Position numbers and translations under genes: made by a program. Below are positions 19,971 through 29,701 of a stretch of 64,000 nucleotides of DNA, in pieces. Numbering within the stretch: the first letter of the stretch is position 1; each line of letters starts with the position of its first letter. Under the pieces are notes generated by a model, which was not told where the DNA came from, did not search any database, and saw nothing but the letters and a program-made list of their open reading frames with translations. Source of the stretch: a virus (lineage: Duplodnaviria; Caudoviricetes); IMG/VR virus record IMGVR_UViG_2706794555_000001, positions 34,702 to 98,701 of that record; one strand, given 5' to 3'.

Positions 19971-21224
19971 TTGTCCGGCGCGGTCGCGGGCCAGCCGTAC
20001 GTGCTCTACCTCAACTTCTACAACGAGGAGTCAGGAACCCTCACCGACCCCACCAACGTCACCCTCGACATCACGTACGGCTCCGAGATCGGATTCGTGC
20101 CCGACACGGCGGGCCCGTTCACCTACCAGGGGGCGTCCAGTCCGACGCCGGGCCAGGTGTGGCGCACGGGGGTGGGCCAGTACGCGTGCACGTGGTACAT
20201 CCCCGCCAGCACCGCGCAGGGCGTCTACGTCGCGAACTGGACGTGCCCGTACGGCCCCGATGTGTTCCTCGGCGTCGAAAACTTCCCCGTCGCGGGAGGC
20301 TTCCAGCCGTCCGCCCCGGCGCGCGACACCGGCTACTGGACCGGCGGCCTGATCTACGGCGCCGCGGGGCTCGACATCGAGTTCGGGCAGGTCGACGCGA
20401 ACGGCATCTGCTGGCTATGGCAGAAGCTGGAGGGCTGGGACGGCCCGGACGTGCAGGGCGCCGGGGTCATCGCCCGCTCGGGCGACCACGGCGCGTGGGC
20501 GTCCCCGCAGTACTACGCGGCCCGCCAGTTGACGCTGACGGTCACCGCGTCGGCGCCCACCCAGGCGCTGCGGGACACCGCCCGGGCGCTGCTGCAGCAG
20601 GCGGTGCCGATCTCCGACCTGGCGAAACTGCGCTACGACGAGCCGGTCCCGAAGTTCGCGTGGGTACGGCGCTCCGGCAAGGTCACCGAGGCGTACCCGA
20701 CATTGGGTGATGTCACGTTCACGATCGGCCTGGTGGCGCCCGACCCGCGCAAGTACGCGGTGACGCAGCGCTCTCTGGCTATCGGCCTGACTCCGGCCGG
20801 TGTCGGCGGCGGCATGATCGAGCCGTTCACCGTCCCGTTCACCCTGCAAGCCGCCGCCGCACCCGGCGCCGCAACAGCCACCAACGGCGGGAACTTCCAG
20901 ACCCCGGCGGTGGCCGTGATGACGGGGCCGGTGGTCGCGCCGACGCTGTCGAACACCACCACCGGGCAGACCGTGTCCTGGTCCACCCTGTCGCTCGCCG
21001 CAGGGCAGGTCCTGGTCGTGGACTTCCTGAACAAACAGGGATACGTCAACCCGACCATGACGTCCACCAGCCCCGGCATTCCCTCCACCGGCGGCACGTA
21101 CTGGCCCGCCGACGCCGCGTCCAGCTGGTGGCAACTGGCACCGGGCAGCAACCAGGTGCAGTTCGGCGGCATCGCCGCCAGCGGAGCCACCGTCACGTAC
21201 TACTGGGCCGATTCGTGGGTCTGA
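19971..21224 (+). CDS. Distal tail (Dit-like) protein with N-terminal extension
   Basis: Follows TMP; LEGWDGP, LVAPDPRKY and WWQLAPG.N motifs. Confidence 0.8.
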   Translation: MSGAVAGQPYVLYLNFYNEESGTLTDPTNVTLDITYGSEIGFVPDTAGPFTYQGASSPTPGQVWRTGVGQYACTWYIPASTAQGVYVANWTCPYGPDVFLGVENFPVAGGFQPSAPARDTGYWTGGLIYGAAGLDIEFGQVDANGICWLWQKLEGWDGPDVQGAGVIARSGDHGAWASPQYYAARQLTLTVTASAPTQALRDTARALLQQAVPISDLAKLRYDEPVPKFAWVRRSGKVTEAYPTLGDVTFTIGLVAPDPRKYAVTQRSLAIGLTPAGVGGGMIEPFTVPFTLQAAAAPGAATATNGGNFQTPAVAVMTGPVVAPTLSNTTTGQTVSWSTLSLAAGQVLVVDFLNKQGYVNPTMTSTSPGIPSTGGTYWPADAASSWWQLAPGSNQVQFGGIAASGATVTYYWADSWV

Positions 21225-21240
21225 AAAGAGGACTGCTGCT

Positions 21241-22323
21241 GTGACGACCTCGGTGACCACGAGCCTGCCGCTGTGGCTCACAGGCTGCACGTACGACGCC
21301 AACGGCGGCAACGACCTCCGCAACTCCGGCGTCAGCGCCTACTTCTACGACCAGGGCATCGTCACGGGCACCAGCATCGGGCTGCTCGCCGGCGTGGTGG
21401 GCGGCGCCGGCCTGCAGGCGACGGCGGGGACCGGTATGACGGTGCTGGTGCAGCCGGGTTCGTTCGTGGTGCCGAACTCGGCGACGCCGACGGCCGGGGG
21501 TTATGCGTCGACGCTGTCCACGCAGGCGACGCTGACGGTGCAGACGGCGGATCCGTCGAATCCGCGGATCGACATTGTGGTGGCGAACGTTGTCGACAAC
21601 GGCAACAGCACTTCGTTCGGGCAGGTGCAGATCCTCACGGGGACTGCGGCGCCGTCGCCTTCCGCGCCGGGTGCACCGGCGAACTCCCTGATCCTGGCTC
21701 AGTTGTCGGTGCCTGCGGGGACGAGTTCGATGACCGGTGGCCTGGTCACGGACAAGCGAAGTTTCACGACGACGACTGGCGGGGTGCTGGTCGCGCCGAA
21801 GGGCTCGGCGACGGGCTACGTAGGTCAGGTCGCGTACGACGGTGCGAGCGGGTCGTTCTACCACAACACGAACGTGGGCGGTGCGCAGCAGCTCAAGGTG
21901 CTGCCGTGGCCGCCGCAGACCCTGTTCAAGACGTCGCCGACGATTTCGACGAGCGGCTCGGTCGTCACGGTGCTGTCGACGACGATCACCGTGGACGGCA
22001 GCACCGACATTTCGATCTACGTGAAGGCCACCGGCCTGGCCATGCTGGCCAGTCACGGCGAGTTCGGCGCGAACCTGCAGGCCATGGTCGACGGCAGCCT
22101 GATAGACCAGATGGTGGTGCTGAACACGGCCTCGGACGGGGTGGTGCGCGGCGGCGGCTCGTTCACCGCCTACACCTCGGCGTCGCAGGGCACGACACCG
22201 TCGGCGGGCACGCACACCGTGTCCTTCAAGTTGCAGGGCATCGACTCGTCGGGGGTCCAGGTGACCCTGTATGCGTCCAGCGGGTCGCCGTCGGTGATGC
22301 GGGTCTCCCCGGTCGTGCTCTGA
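21241..22323 (+). CDS. Minor tail protein
   Basis: ADPSNPRIDIVVA and P.APANSL.LAQL.VPAG motifs. Confidence 0.8.
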   Translation: MTTSVTTSLPLWLTGCTYDANGGNDLRNSGVSAYFYDQGIVTGTSIGLLAGVVGGAGLQATAGTGMTVLVQPGSFVVPNSATPTAGGYASTLSTQATLTVQTADPSNPRIDIVVANVVDNGNSTSFGQVQILTGTAAPSPSAPGAPANSLILAQLSVPAGTSSMTGGLVTDKRSFTTTTGGVLVAPKGSATGYVGQVAYDGASGSFYHNTNVGGAQQLKVLPWPPQTLFKTSPTISTSGSVVTVLSTTITVDGSTDISIYVKATGLAMLASHGEFGANLQAMVDGSLIDQMVVLNTASDGVVRGGGSFTAYTSASQGTTPSAGTHTVSFKLQGIDSSGVQVTLYASSGSPSVMRVSPVVL

Positions 22324-23531
22324 TGGCCACGTACACGTATGTGGCCACCGACCTGGTGTCGGGCCGGGTCCTCGCGGACTCGCTGCCGCTGACGGTGCAG
22401 TCGTTCGGGATGCAGCTCAACGGCAACGGGTCCCTGTCGGGGTCGCTGGCCCTCAACGAGCTGTACTCCGTGAACGGCCCGGCGGTCGCCGCCCTGGAGT
22501 GCCGCCGCTGCGTCCTGTGGGTGCTGCAGGACGGCTACCCGGTGTGGGCCGGGGTGGTGTGGGACTGGCCGGACATGTCCCGCCAGTCGGGGACGCTGCC
22601 GATCAGCGCGCAGACCCTGGACAGCATCTGGTCACACCGCCTGATCACGGACACGCTGGAGTATCCACAGGTCGACCTGTTTCAGGCGTTCATCGACCTG
22701 GTGCGCTACGGCATGAGCAAACAGTCGTCGTACATCGAGGTGGGGGTGTCACCGCCGGCGACCCGCAACGCCGCCTACCTCGCGCTCGTTGCTGCGACCG
22801 GCGGTGTGGCGCGCCTGGTGGTGCCGTCGGGTCCGGCGGCGTTCTCGGGGATTCCGTGGACGGCGTCGTACACCTATTCGGATCTCACGCAGGTCTCCAG
22901 TACGTGGCAGGACATGTGCGCGTCGGGGAACCTGGAGTACGCGTTCGTGCCCGGCCTGGACTCCACGGGCAACCTGGCGGTGTTCCTGCGGCTGGCGTAC
23001 TTGCAGATGGGTCGCACCGCCGCCGCGTCGGGCTACACACTGACGTATCCGGGCAACGTCCTGGACTACGGCTACCAGCGCACCGGATCGCAGAGCAGCA
23101 ACCTGGTGTGGGCGACCGCCCCACCGAACGGCGGACCCCTGCAGTGGCAGTCGCAGTACCCGCACGGCGCGGACCTGCCGGATTTGGACGCCGGGTATCC
23201 GCTGATGGAGTCGACGGTGACGTGGCAGGGCTCGGTGGTGCGGTCGCAGGCGCAGGTCGACGCGTTCGCCGACGGGCAGGTCGTGCTGCGGTCGCAGGCG
23301 ATGACGCTGCCGACGATCAACGTGGGTGGCGGCGGTCATCCGATGCTGCGCGACATTGTGCTGGGCGACACCACGACCCTGATGGCGACGTCGCCGTTGC
23401 ATCCGCCGCGGTCCGACGGTTCGCCCGGGTTGCAGCAGCAGGTGCGGGTTGTGGGCTGGACCTGCTATCCGCCGGGCCCTCAGCAGTCTGAGTACACCCA
23501 GTTGTCGACGAGCGCCGCGATTGTCGGCTAG
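22323..23531 (+). CDS. Minor tail (tail tip hub-like) protein
   Basis: TGATG coupling; YTYVATDLVSG..LA.LPL and PVWAGVVW motifs. Confidence 0.8.
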   Translation: MATYTYVATDLVSGRVLADSLPLTVQSFGMQLNGNGSLSGSLALNELYSVNGPAVAALECRRCVLWVLQDGYPVWAGVVWDWPDMSRQSGTLPISAQTLDSIWSHRLITDTLEYPQVDLFQAFIDLVRYGMSKQSSYIEVGVSPPATRNAAYLALVAATGGVARLVVPSGPAAFSGIPWTASYTYSDLTQVSSTWQDMCASGNLEYAFVPGLDSTGNLAVFLRLAYLQMGRTAAASGYTLTYPGNVLDYGYQRTGSQSSNLVWATAPPNGGPLQWQSQYPHGADLPDLDAGYPLMESTVTWQGSVVRSQAQVDAFADGQVVLRSQAMTLPTINVGGGGHPMLRDIVLGDTTTLMATSPLHPPRSDGSPGLQQQVRVVGWTCYPPGPQQSEYTQLSTSAAIVG

Positions 23532-23539
23532 GGGGCACG

Positions 23540-23845
23540 GTGGCGCTGTATCCGCGTTCGATCCAGGACCGGTTCGCGGCCACGGTCGCGGACATGCTGC
23601 GCCGCCTGCGTGTCCTGGAGTCGCGTACCGCGTGCATCGATTCGGGGTTTCCGCTGGCGGCGCTGCCTGCGGTGATCGACCCGGCGTACACCTCGGGCGA
23701 CCCGAGTGTGCTCATCAACGGGGCGACGACTCTGTCCGGGCCCTACCAGCATGTTGCCGCCTACACGCCGGTGGCGTCCGATGCGGTGCTGGTGCTGCCG
23801 GTGGGTGCCACACAGACCTATGTGATCTTGGGGAAGTTGACATGA
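23540..23845 (+). CDS. Small tail-tip protein
   Basis: RRLRVLE coil plus YTPV..D.VLVL OB-like motif. Confidence 0.65.
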   Translation: MALYPRSIQDRFAATVADMLRRLRVLESRTACIDSGFPLAALPAVIDPAYTSGDPSVLINGATTLSGPYQHVAAYTPVASDAVLVLPVGATQTYVILGKLT

Positions 23846-25317
23846 CGGCAAGCACGTTCGGGGCGCAGAGCAAAGTCAGCAAGACGGGGGACACGATGAC
23901 CGGCCCACTGGTACTGCCCGCGATACAGGTGACGACGGGCCCGGCAATGGGCAGCGTGCTGACGTCCGACGCGGCGGGCAACACGTCCTGGCAGGCCGCC
24001 GACACGGTACCCGTCACCGCGTACCACGCCGACCCGACCGGTGCCACGGACTCGACCACTGCGATCCAGAACGCCGTGAACGCCGCCGTCGGACCGGTGT
24101 ACTTCCCGCCCGGCACCTACCTGATCAGTGCGGCGATCACCCTGCCCGACAAGGCCGTGCTCGTGGGTGCCGGGTCCGGCACCTACACGCACGACACCGG
24201 CGCCATGGTGTCGATCATCAAGTTGGCCAACGGCGCGAACTCCAGCATGTTCACGATCCCGACCGGCCACGGCTCCGGCCGGATCACGGACCTGCAGCTG
24301 AACGGCAACAAGGCCAACCAGACGGGTGGCGGCTCGGCGATCCTGTTCACCGCCGGGAGTTCCGCCGAGGAAGCCCAGTGGCACCTGACACGGCTGTACG
24401 TCCACGACGCGTTCAGTTCGGGCATCGAAACGCAGCAGTTCCGCCAGAACAACAAGATCACCGAGTGTGTGGTGTACAACTGCGGCGGCTACGGCGTCAA
24501 CTGCTCCGGCTCGGACAGCCTCGTCGCGAACTGCACCATCGGCCAGAACACCCTCGACGGCATCCTCACCAGTTTCGTCACCCACGTCCAGGGCTGCGAC
24601 GTGTGGGGCAACCGCACCGGCATCAACGTCCCCGCCGCCATACGCGGCGTGGAGATCAGCAACTGCGGCGTGGACCGCAACCTGCAGCACGGCATCTACA
24701 TCGCCGGATCCAGCGTCGACGTGGTCGCGTGCACGCTGCACAGCAACGGGCAGGCCGCGAACAACACCTACGGGTCGATCACCGTCGACGACACGTTCGG
24801 GGCCGTCGACTCGGTCACGATCGGGCACTGCAATTTCTGGCTCGACGCCGGGTACACGAACCTGCCGAACTACCACATCGAGCTGAAGACGGTCACGTCG
24901 CTGGCGCAGGTCACGGTGTGTTCGTTCAAGTCGGGCAGCTACGCCAGCGGAACGATCAACACCCCGGCCCAGGCCGCAGTGACACTACCCGGCGTGGTGT
25001 CCACGGGCCTGCTGTCGGCGAACGGCGGCACCACCACCGCCGGGTCCGCGCCCACGCTGACGCCGACGTTCGCGAACGGCACCGCCGCGCAACTGTCGGA
25101 CACAACCCGCGACTACATGGTGTACCTGACGGTCGGCACCGCGGGCACGGCGAACACGCTGGCGATCGGCCCGACCAGCACCCCGTCCCACACCCTGATC
25201 AGCAGCTCCACGGCGACGGCGGGCCAGATGATGGTCGTGCGCCTGCCTGCCGGCTGGTTCCTGAAGTGGTCCGCGACGACGGCGACCCTGGCGACGCAGA
25301 CCGCGGTCGGCTGCTGA
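23842..25317 (+). CDS. Tail spike/receptor-binding protein with right-handed beta-helix (putative depolymerase)
   Basis: VSKTGDTMTGPL; ADPTGATDSTTAIQNA..VYFPPGTYLI (pectate lyase-3 type N-terminus); Asn/Cys ladder repeats. Confidence 0.85.
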   Translation: MTASTFGAQSKVSKTGDTMTGPLVLPAIQVTTGPAMGSVLTSDAAGNTSWQAADTVPVTAYHADPTGATDSTTAIQNAVNAAVGPVYFPPGTYLISAAITLPDKAVLVGAGSGTYTHDTGAMVSIIKLANGANSSMFTIPTGHGSGRITDLQLNGNKANQTGGGSAILFTAGSSAEEAQWHLTRLYVHDAFSSGIETQQFRQNNKITECVVYNCGGYGVNCSGSDSLVANCTIGQNTLDGILTSFVTHVQGCDVWGNRTGINVPAAIRGVEISNCGVDRNLQHGIYIAGSSVDVVACTLHSNGQAANNTYGSITVDDTFGAVDSVTIGHCNFWLDAGYTNLPNYHIELKTVTSLAQVTVCSFKSGSYASGTINTPAQAAVTLPGVVSTGLLSANGGTTTAGSAPTLTPTFANGTAAQLSDTTRDYMVYLTVGTAGTANTLAIGPTSTPSHTLISSSTATAGQMMVVRLPAGWFLKWSATTATLATQTAVGC

Positions 25318-25365
25318 CGACCCTGCCGTGTCTGAGCGGGCTGGCACCACAAGCGAGGGGGCGAA

Positions 25366-25734
25366 GTGGCCGATGACCCCACGGCTAATGAAGTCGCCTG
25401 GCGGTTGCAGAACCACGAGCAGCGCACGGACCGGATCCACGGCGAGCTCGACACCAGGATCACGAACCTGGCCCGCGACACCGTGTCGACGACGGCGTTC
25501 GCGGAGGCGCAGCGGATCCGGGACGTTGAGGCACAGCGCCTGGAGCGGGAGCACGACGAGGACCTGCGCCAGTTGCGGGACGACGTCATCAAGCCTCTGC
25601 GGGACGACGTGGAGACGCTGAAGAAACGCCCCGGGATGACGCGCCGGGAGCTGTGGCTGGTCCTGGGCGTGGTGGTCGGCTTCATCGGGGTCGTCGTGAC
25701 CGCGTGGGCAGCGTCGAAGGGGGCGGGTAAGTGA
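25366..25734 (+). CDS. Membrane protein (coiled coil plus C-terminal TM), lysis-region
   Basis: One C-terminal hydrophobic helix. Confidence 0.65.
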   Translation: MADDPTANEVAWRLQNHEQRTDRIHGELDTRITNLARDTVSTTAFAEAQRIRDVEAQRLEREHDEDLRQLRDDVIKPLRDDVETLKKRPGMTRRELWLVLGVVVGFIGVVVTAWAASKGAGK

Positions 25735-26534
25735 CAGGGGCCGCCGAGGATAAGCCGCGCTGGATGCCGCAGCTGCAGGCCCTGATTGCCGTCGTGGTGC
25801 TGTTGGGCTGCGCATATGTGGTGCTGCAACTGCTGTCGATGCGGTCGACGTTGAATTCGTATGAGCGGTCTCAGACCGCGCAGTCGACGGCGATCACGCA
25901 GCTGTCGACGGCCCTGGACAAGACCCGCACCCAGTTGCAGCAGCACGGCGTGACCCCGTCGGCCCCGCCCGCGACCACGATCGTCAAGAACGTCCCCGGA
26001 GCGACAGGCGCCGCCGGCCAGAGCGTCGTCGGACCGCAGGGACCGGCCGGCAAGGACGGTGTCAGCCCCGACCCGCAGGCGATCGCGGCCCTGGTCGCCA
26101 CGATGATCCACCCCTCGCCCGGTCCGTCCGGTCCTCCGGGGAAGGACTCAACCGTGCCTGGGCCGCAGGGTGTTCCCGGGCCGGCGTCGACCGTGGCCGG
26201 CCCCCAGGGGGCGCAAGGCGTCCCGGGCAAGGACTCGACGGTTCCCGGGCCGCAGGGGGCCAAGGGAGATCCCGGGGCCGCTGGATCGCCGCCGTCGTCG
26301 TGGACGTGGATGTGGACCGATCCGTCGGGGACGACGCACACCTACACGTGCGTGCCGGATTCGCCTGGTGCGACGTCGTTCCACTGCCCGGAGTCGGGCA
26401 CCTCGACGCCGCCGTCCTCGCCGCCGCCCAGCCCGTCCCCGTCTCCGTCGCCGTCGACGTCGGCCGCGGCGCTGAAGCAGCAGTCGACCTCGAAGTCCCG
26501 CACGCCGTCGGCGACGGGGACTGGCCCGAGGTGA
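25731..26534 (+). CDS. Membrane-anchored collagen-like protein
   Basis: N-terminal TM, coiled coil, Gly-X-Y repeats (GPQG..GKDSTVP). Confidence 0.8.
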   Translation: MTGAAEDKPRWMPQLQALIAVVVLLGCAYVVLQLLSMRSTLNSYERSQTAQSTAITQLSTALDKTRTQLQQHGVTPSAPPATTIVKNVPGATGAAGQSVVGPQGPAGKDGVSPDPQAIAALVATMIHPSPGPSGPPGKDSTVPGPQGVPGPASTVAGPQGAQGVPGKDSTVPGPQGAKGDPGAAGSPPSSWTWMWTDPSGTTHTYTCVPDSPGATSFHCPESGTSTPPSSPPPSPSPSPSPSTSAAALKQQSTSKSRTPSATGTGPR

Positions 26535-26542
26535 GGAGCAGC

Positions 26543-26986
26543 GTGACTCGTCTTCGCCGTTTCACCCGGCCTGCGATTTTCGGCTTGTCGGACGGCATGA
26601 TGTCGCTGATCGGCGTGCTCCTGTACCTGCTGGGCCACCAGAATCTGATCTTTCCGGCCGCACTGTCGGGTGCGATCAGTTCGGCGCTGTCGATGGCGGG
26701 CGGCGAGTGGCTGTCGGAGTCCGACAGCGGGCTCGGGGCGTCGTGCGTCATGGGCGCCGCAACGGGCTTCGGGGCGGTACTGCCCGCCCTTCCGTATGCG
26801 GTGGCGACGGGCACGGCAGCGCTGGTGTCGTCGGTGGTGATCTGCGCGGGCATCGGCGTTCTCGTCGCCCTGATGCGCACCGGCCGCAGCCGACTGCGGG
26901 CGCTGGCGGAGACCGGCGCGGTACTCGCCCTGATTTTCGCGGTCGTGCTGATGTGCGGCCTGTTCCTGCCCGGGAGCGCGGCATGA
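26543..26986 (+). CDS. VIT1/CCC1-family membrane protein (short form)
   Basis: AIFGLSDG and GAISSALSMAGGEWLS signature motifs; several TM helices. Confidence 0.75.
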   Translation: MTRLRRFTRPAIFGLSDGMMSLIGVLLYLLGHQNLIFPAALSGAISSALSMAGGEWLSESDSGLGASCVMGAATGFGAVLPALPYAVATGTAALVSSVVICAGIGVLVALMRTGRSRLRALAETGAVLALIFAVVLMCGLFLPGSAA

Positions 26987-27004
26987 AGAGAAAGGCGGCC
27001 AACG

Positions 27005-27436
27005 GTGGTTGAGACAGGCAGGCACCTGTGGGCTCGGCACCCCCACGTGCGCACCGGCACGGAACTGTCGATCGGAGAGCGCGCCGCCGACGGACTGAAG
27101 CACTGGTTCGGCACCTGGACGATGCTCGGTTTCATCATCGCCTCCATCGGGGTGTGGATGGCGCTTGTGGTTGACCCTGGGGAGCTGAAGCTGAACCTGG
27201 GGTTGAGCTTCGTGGCCTCTGTGCAGGGCGTGGTCCTGCAGATCGCGGCGAACCGCGGCGACCGCATCAACAGCGAGTTGGCGCTGCACACGTTCCAGAA
27301 CGGCGAGCAGTTGCTGGAGATCAACCGGCAGCAGTCGGAGATCCTCGCAAAGCTGGCCGACACGCGCCAGCAGGTCGCCGAGCTCCACGCCTGGCACCTT
27401 CAGGGGAAGCTCCCGCCGGACACCCTCCAGCCCTGA
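27005..27436 (+). CDS. DUF1003-like membrane protein
   Basis: GERAAD....FGTW...LNLGLS..AS.QG...IAANR motif. Confidence 0.7.
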   Translation: MVETGRHLWARHPHVRTGTELSIGERAADGLKHWFGTWTMLGFIIASIGVWMALVVDPGELKLNLGLSFVASVQGVVLQIAANRGDRINSELALHTFQNGEQLLEINRQQSEILAKLADTRQQVAELHAWHLQGKLPPDTLQP

Positions 27437-27505
27437 CCCTTTCCCCTTCCGCCCCCGCGCCACCGCCCGGGGGCTTCGTCTTGCTCACCCTCACCCTGGA
27501 GGCCG

Positions 27506-27961
27506 TTGATGGCCGCACCCGTACCGGACCATGTCGTCGTCGCGCACGACCAGGCCGAGTCTCACCGCTACACCGTTCACTACCCGGAGCACGGTTCGCG
27601 CCCGGGCGACCCGCACTACCGGGACTTCAACCACTACCACCAGGCCACGAAGCACGACCCCGAGGTGTACCAGTGCGCGGTCGGGAAGCGGCGCGGTGAC
27701 TTCGCGGACTGCGTCCTGGACAAGCCGCTGGAGTTGCATCACACGCACATCGAGTGGGCGCTGCAGAACGAGGTCGACCTGGCTGCGCTGGAGCGCCAGT
27801 ACCCGGGTGTGTCGACGCCGGACGAGGTCGGGGCGTGGGTTGAGACAGCGGCCAACCTGGAGTGGCTCTGCCAGTTCCACCATCGCGGGCACGGCGGCGC
27901 GCATGTCGCGTCTGCCTCCGATTTTGAAGGTCAGCACTTCGTGAAGGGGCTGATCTCGTGA
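27506..27961 (+). CDS. His/Cys-rich protein, HNH-like fold possible
   Basis: LELHH.HIEW...NLEWLC.FHHRG motif. Confidence 0.6.
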   Translation: MMAAPVPDHVVVAHDQAESHRYTVHYPEHGSRPGDPHYRDFNHYHQATKHDPEVYQCAVGKRRGDFADCVLDKPLELHHTHIEWALQNEVDLAALERQYPGVSTPDEVGAWVETAANLEWLCQFHHRGHGGAHVASASDFEGQHFVKGLIS

Positions 27962-28851
27962 CTGCCGAGCTCGGCGTAGACATCGCGTGGGCGCGCCCGA
28001 CGGTGGCCCAGATCCAGGCGACCGGCGCGAAGTGGGTCGCCCGCTACTTCTCCACGGACTCGTCGAAGAACCTGACCCCGTCGGAGGTCCACGCCTACTC
28101 GGCGGCCGGTCTGGGCACGGTGGTGGTCTGGGAGACGACGACGGGCCGGGCGACGCAGGGCTATGCGGCTGGCGTGTCGGATGCGCGGGCGGCTGAGTCT
28201 CAGCGGCAGACGGACGGGCTGCCGTCGAACATGCCGATCTACTTCGCCGTCGACGAGGACACCAGCTGGTCGTCGGTCGCGCAGTACTTCGCCGGTGCGG
28301 CCTCGGTCGTGGGCAGGGCCCTGACCGGCGTCTACGGCGGCTTCACGGTGATCGAGGGCGCTCACACCGCGGGCTACACCTACCTGTGGCAGACCGTCGC
28401 CTGGTCGGGCGGCCGGTGGTCGTCGCACGCCTCGATCCGTCAGACCGGCGCCATCGTCCTCGGCGGCAACGCGGACATCGACTACGCGGAGACGGCCGAC
28501 TTCGGCGAGTACCCGCGGCCCATCACCCCCACCCCGACTCCTCCGGAGGACGTTGTGACACCCCAGGACAAGCAGGACATCATCGACGGCGTCGCCGCGA
28601 AGCTGGAGTCGGGTTCGACCGGCGGCCAGTTCGACCGGGACCGCATGGCAGGCGCCACGGTGTACTGGCTGCGCCGCGCCCTGGACCCGTCGATCCCGCT
28701 GCCGACGGGCAAGGACCTGCCGTCGGTAGTGGGTGAGGTGGCGGCTCTGCGGGCCACGCTGGCGGCGGAGCGGGCGGCTGCCGCGGCGCAGATCGCGACG
28801 CTGGAGAAGGCGGTCGCGGCGCTGACGCCTGCGCCCGTGAAGACGAAGTGA
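27958..28851 (+). CDS. Endolysin, DUF1906/GH25-like glycoside hydrolase
   Basis: GVD, WVARY, KNLT..E, VVWE, PIYFAVD, GVYG and WQT.AWSGG motifs. Confidence 0.85.
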   Translation: MTAELGVDIAWARPTVAQIQATGAKWVARYFSTDSSKNLTPSEVHAYSAAGLGTVVVWETTTGRATQGYAAGVSDARAAESQRQTDGLPSNMPIYFAVDEDTSWSSVAQYFAGAASVVGRALTGVYGGFTVIEGAHTAGYTYLWQTVAWSGGRWSSHASIRQTGAIVLGGNADIDYAETADFGEYPRPITPTPTPPEDVVTPQDKQDIIDGVAAKLESGSTGGQFDRDRMAGATVYWLRRALDPSIPLPTGKDLPSVVGEVAALRATLAAERAAAAAQIATLEKAVAALTPAPVKTK

Positions 28852-29399
28852 CCGCGCCGGTTCTGCCAGGCGACTTCGGCCTGATCCCCGTCTCGGGCGT
28901 GGGCGGCGGGGCGCTTCGCGTGGCGGAGTTCCTGGACGAGGTGGCGCAGGGACATTGGCGCAGCGCGGATCGGGACTCGCTGTACCGGCATGTCTTCCTG
29001 GTCGAGCGGGTGGACGCGGACGGGACGGTGCACGCCTTGGAGGCGTGGCCGGGCGGCGCGCGCCGGAACACCTACCGACTGGACGACCCGCGCATCCTGT
29101 GGTCATCGGGCCACTTCGCTCTGACCCCGGAGCAGCGGCAGATCATCGTCGCCTGGGGTGTCGATCATCTCGGCGACGGCTACGCGTGGGACGTGTACCT
29201 GCGGCAGGCTGCTGTCCGGCTGCACGTCCCGTTCGCGGCGGCTGCGTTGAAGCGGCAGGTCGAGGACCGCAACGAGTACATCTGTTCGCAGTATCAAGAC
29301 TGTGCGTACCAGGCCGCGAAGGAGCACGTCTTCATGGACGGGCGCGCCCCTTACGACGTCGCGCCGAACGACCTCGCCGAGGTGCTGCGGGCGAAGTAG
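28848..29399 (+). CDS. Permuted NlpC/P60 (YiiX-like) protein
   Basis: LPGD, HVFLV, LG..Y, YICSQ and P.DL in permuted order. Confidence 0.7.
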   Translation: MTAPVLPGDFGLIPVSGVGGGALRVAEFLDEVAQGHWRSADRDSLYRHVFLVERVDADGTVHALEAWPGGARRNTYRLDDPRILWSSGHFALTPEQRQIIVAWGVDHLGDGYAWDVYLRQAAVRLHVPFAAAALKRQVEDRNEYICSQYQDCAYQAAKEHVFMDGRAPYDVAPNDLAEVLRAK

Positions 29400-29449
29400 T
29401 TCGCCCGTTCCCTTTGGGTACGGCACTGCGGGTAGTCGACGCTGGTGTC

Positions 29450-29656
29450 ATGACGATCAGTGATCTGAATGAGCGCCGTCGCCGTGCTGCTGAGCGGGTG
29501 TACGACGGATTGATGTGCCCGTGTGGCGACGCGTGGTTCGTGCTGCGGACCGACGATGGTCCGGGCGCGGTCGTGCTCGACTCCGAGGGCACGGTGACCG
29601 GGTACTCCGGTGTGCCGCACTGCATGTCCTGCGGGGCCGTCGTGAGCGTTCCCTGA
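29450..29656 (+). CDS. Small zinc-ribbon protein
   Basis: CPCG..WF...CMSCG. Confidence 0.6.
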   Translation: MTISDLNERRRRAAERVYDGLMCPCGDAWFVLRTDDGPGAVVLDSEGTVTGYSGVPHCMSCGAVVSVP

Positions 29657-29701
29657 AGAAGTGGCCCGACTTGTCGAAGAAGTCGGCCTACAGTTGAGGC
29701 T

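Noticed and set aside
23842-25317. Diversity-generating retroelement or invertible tail-fibre cassette
   Set aside because: No reverse transcriptase, no TR/VR pair and no invertase with inverted repeats near the tail genes.
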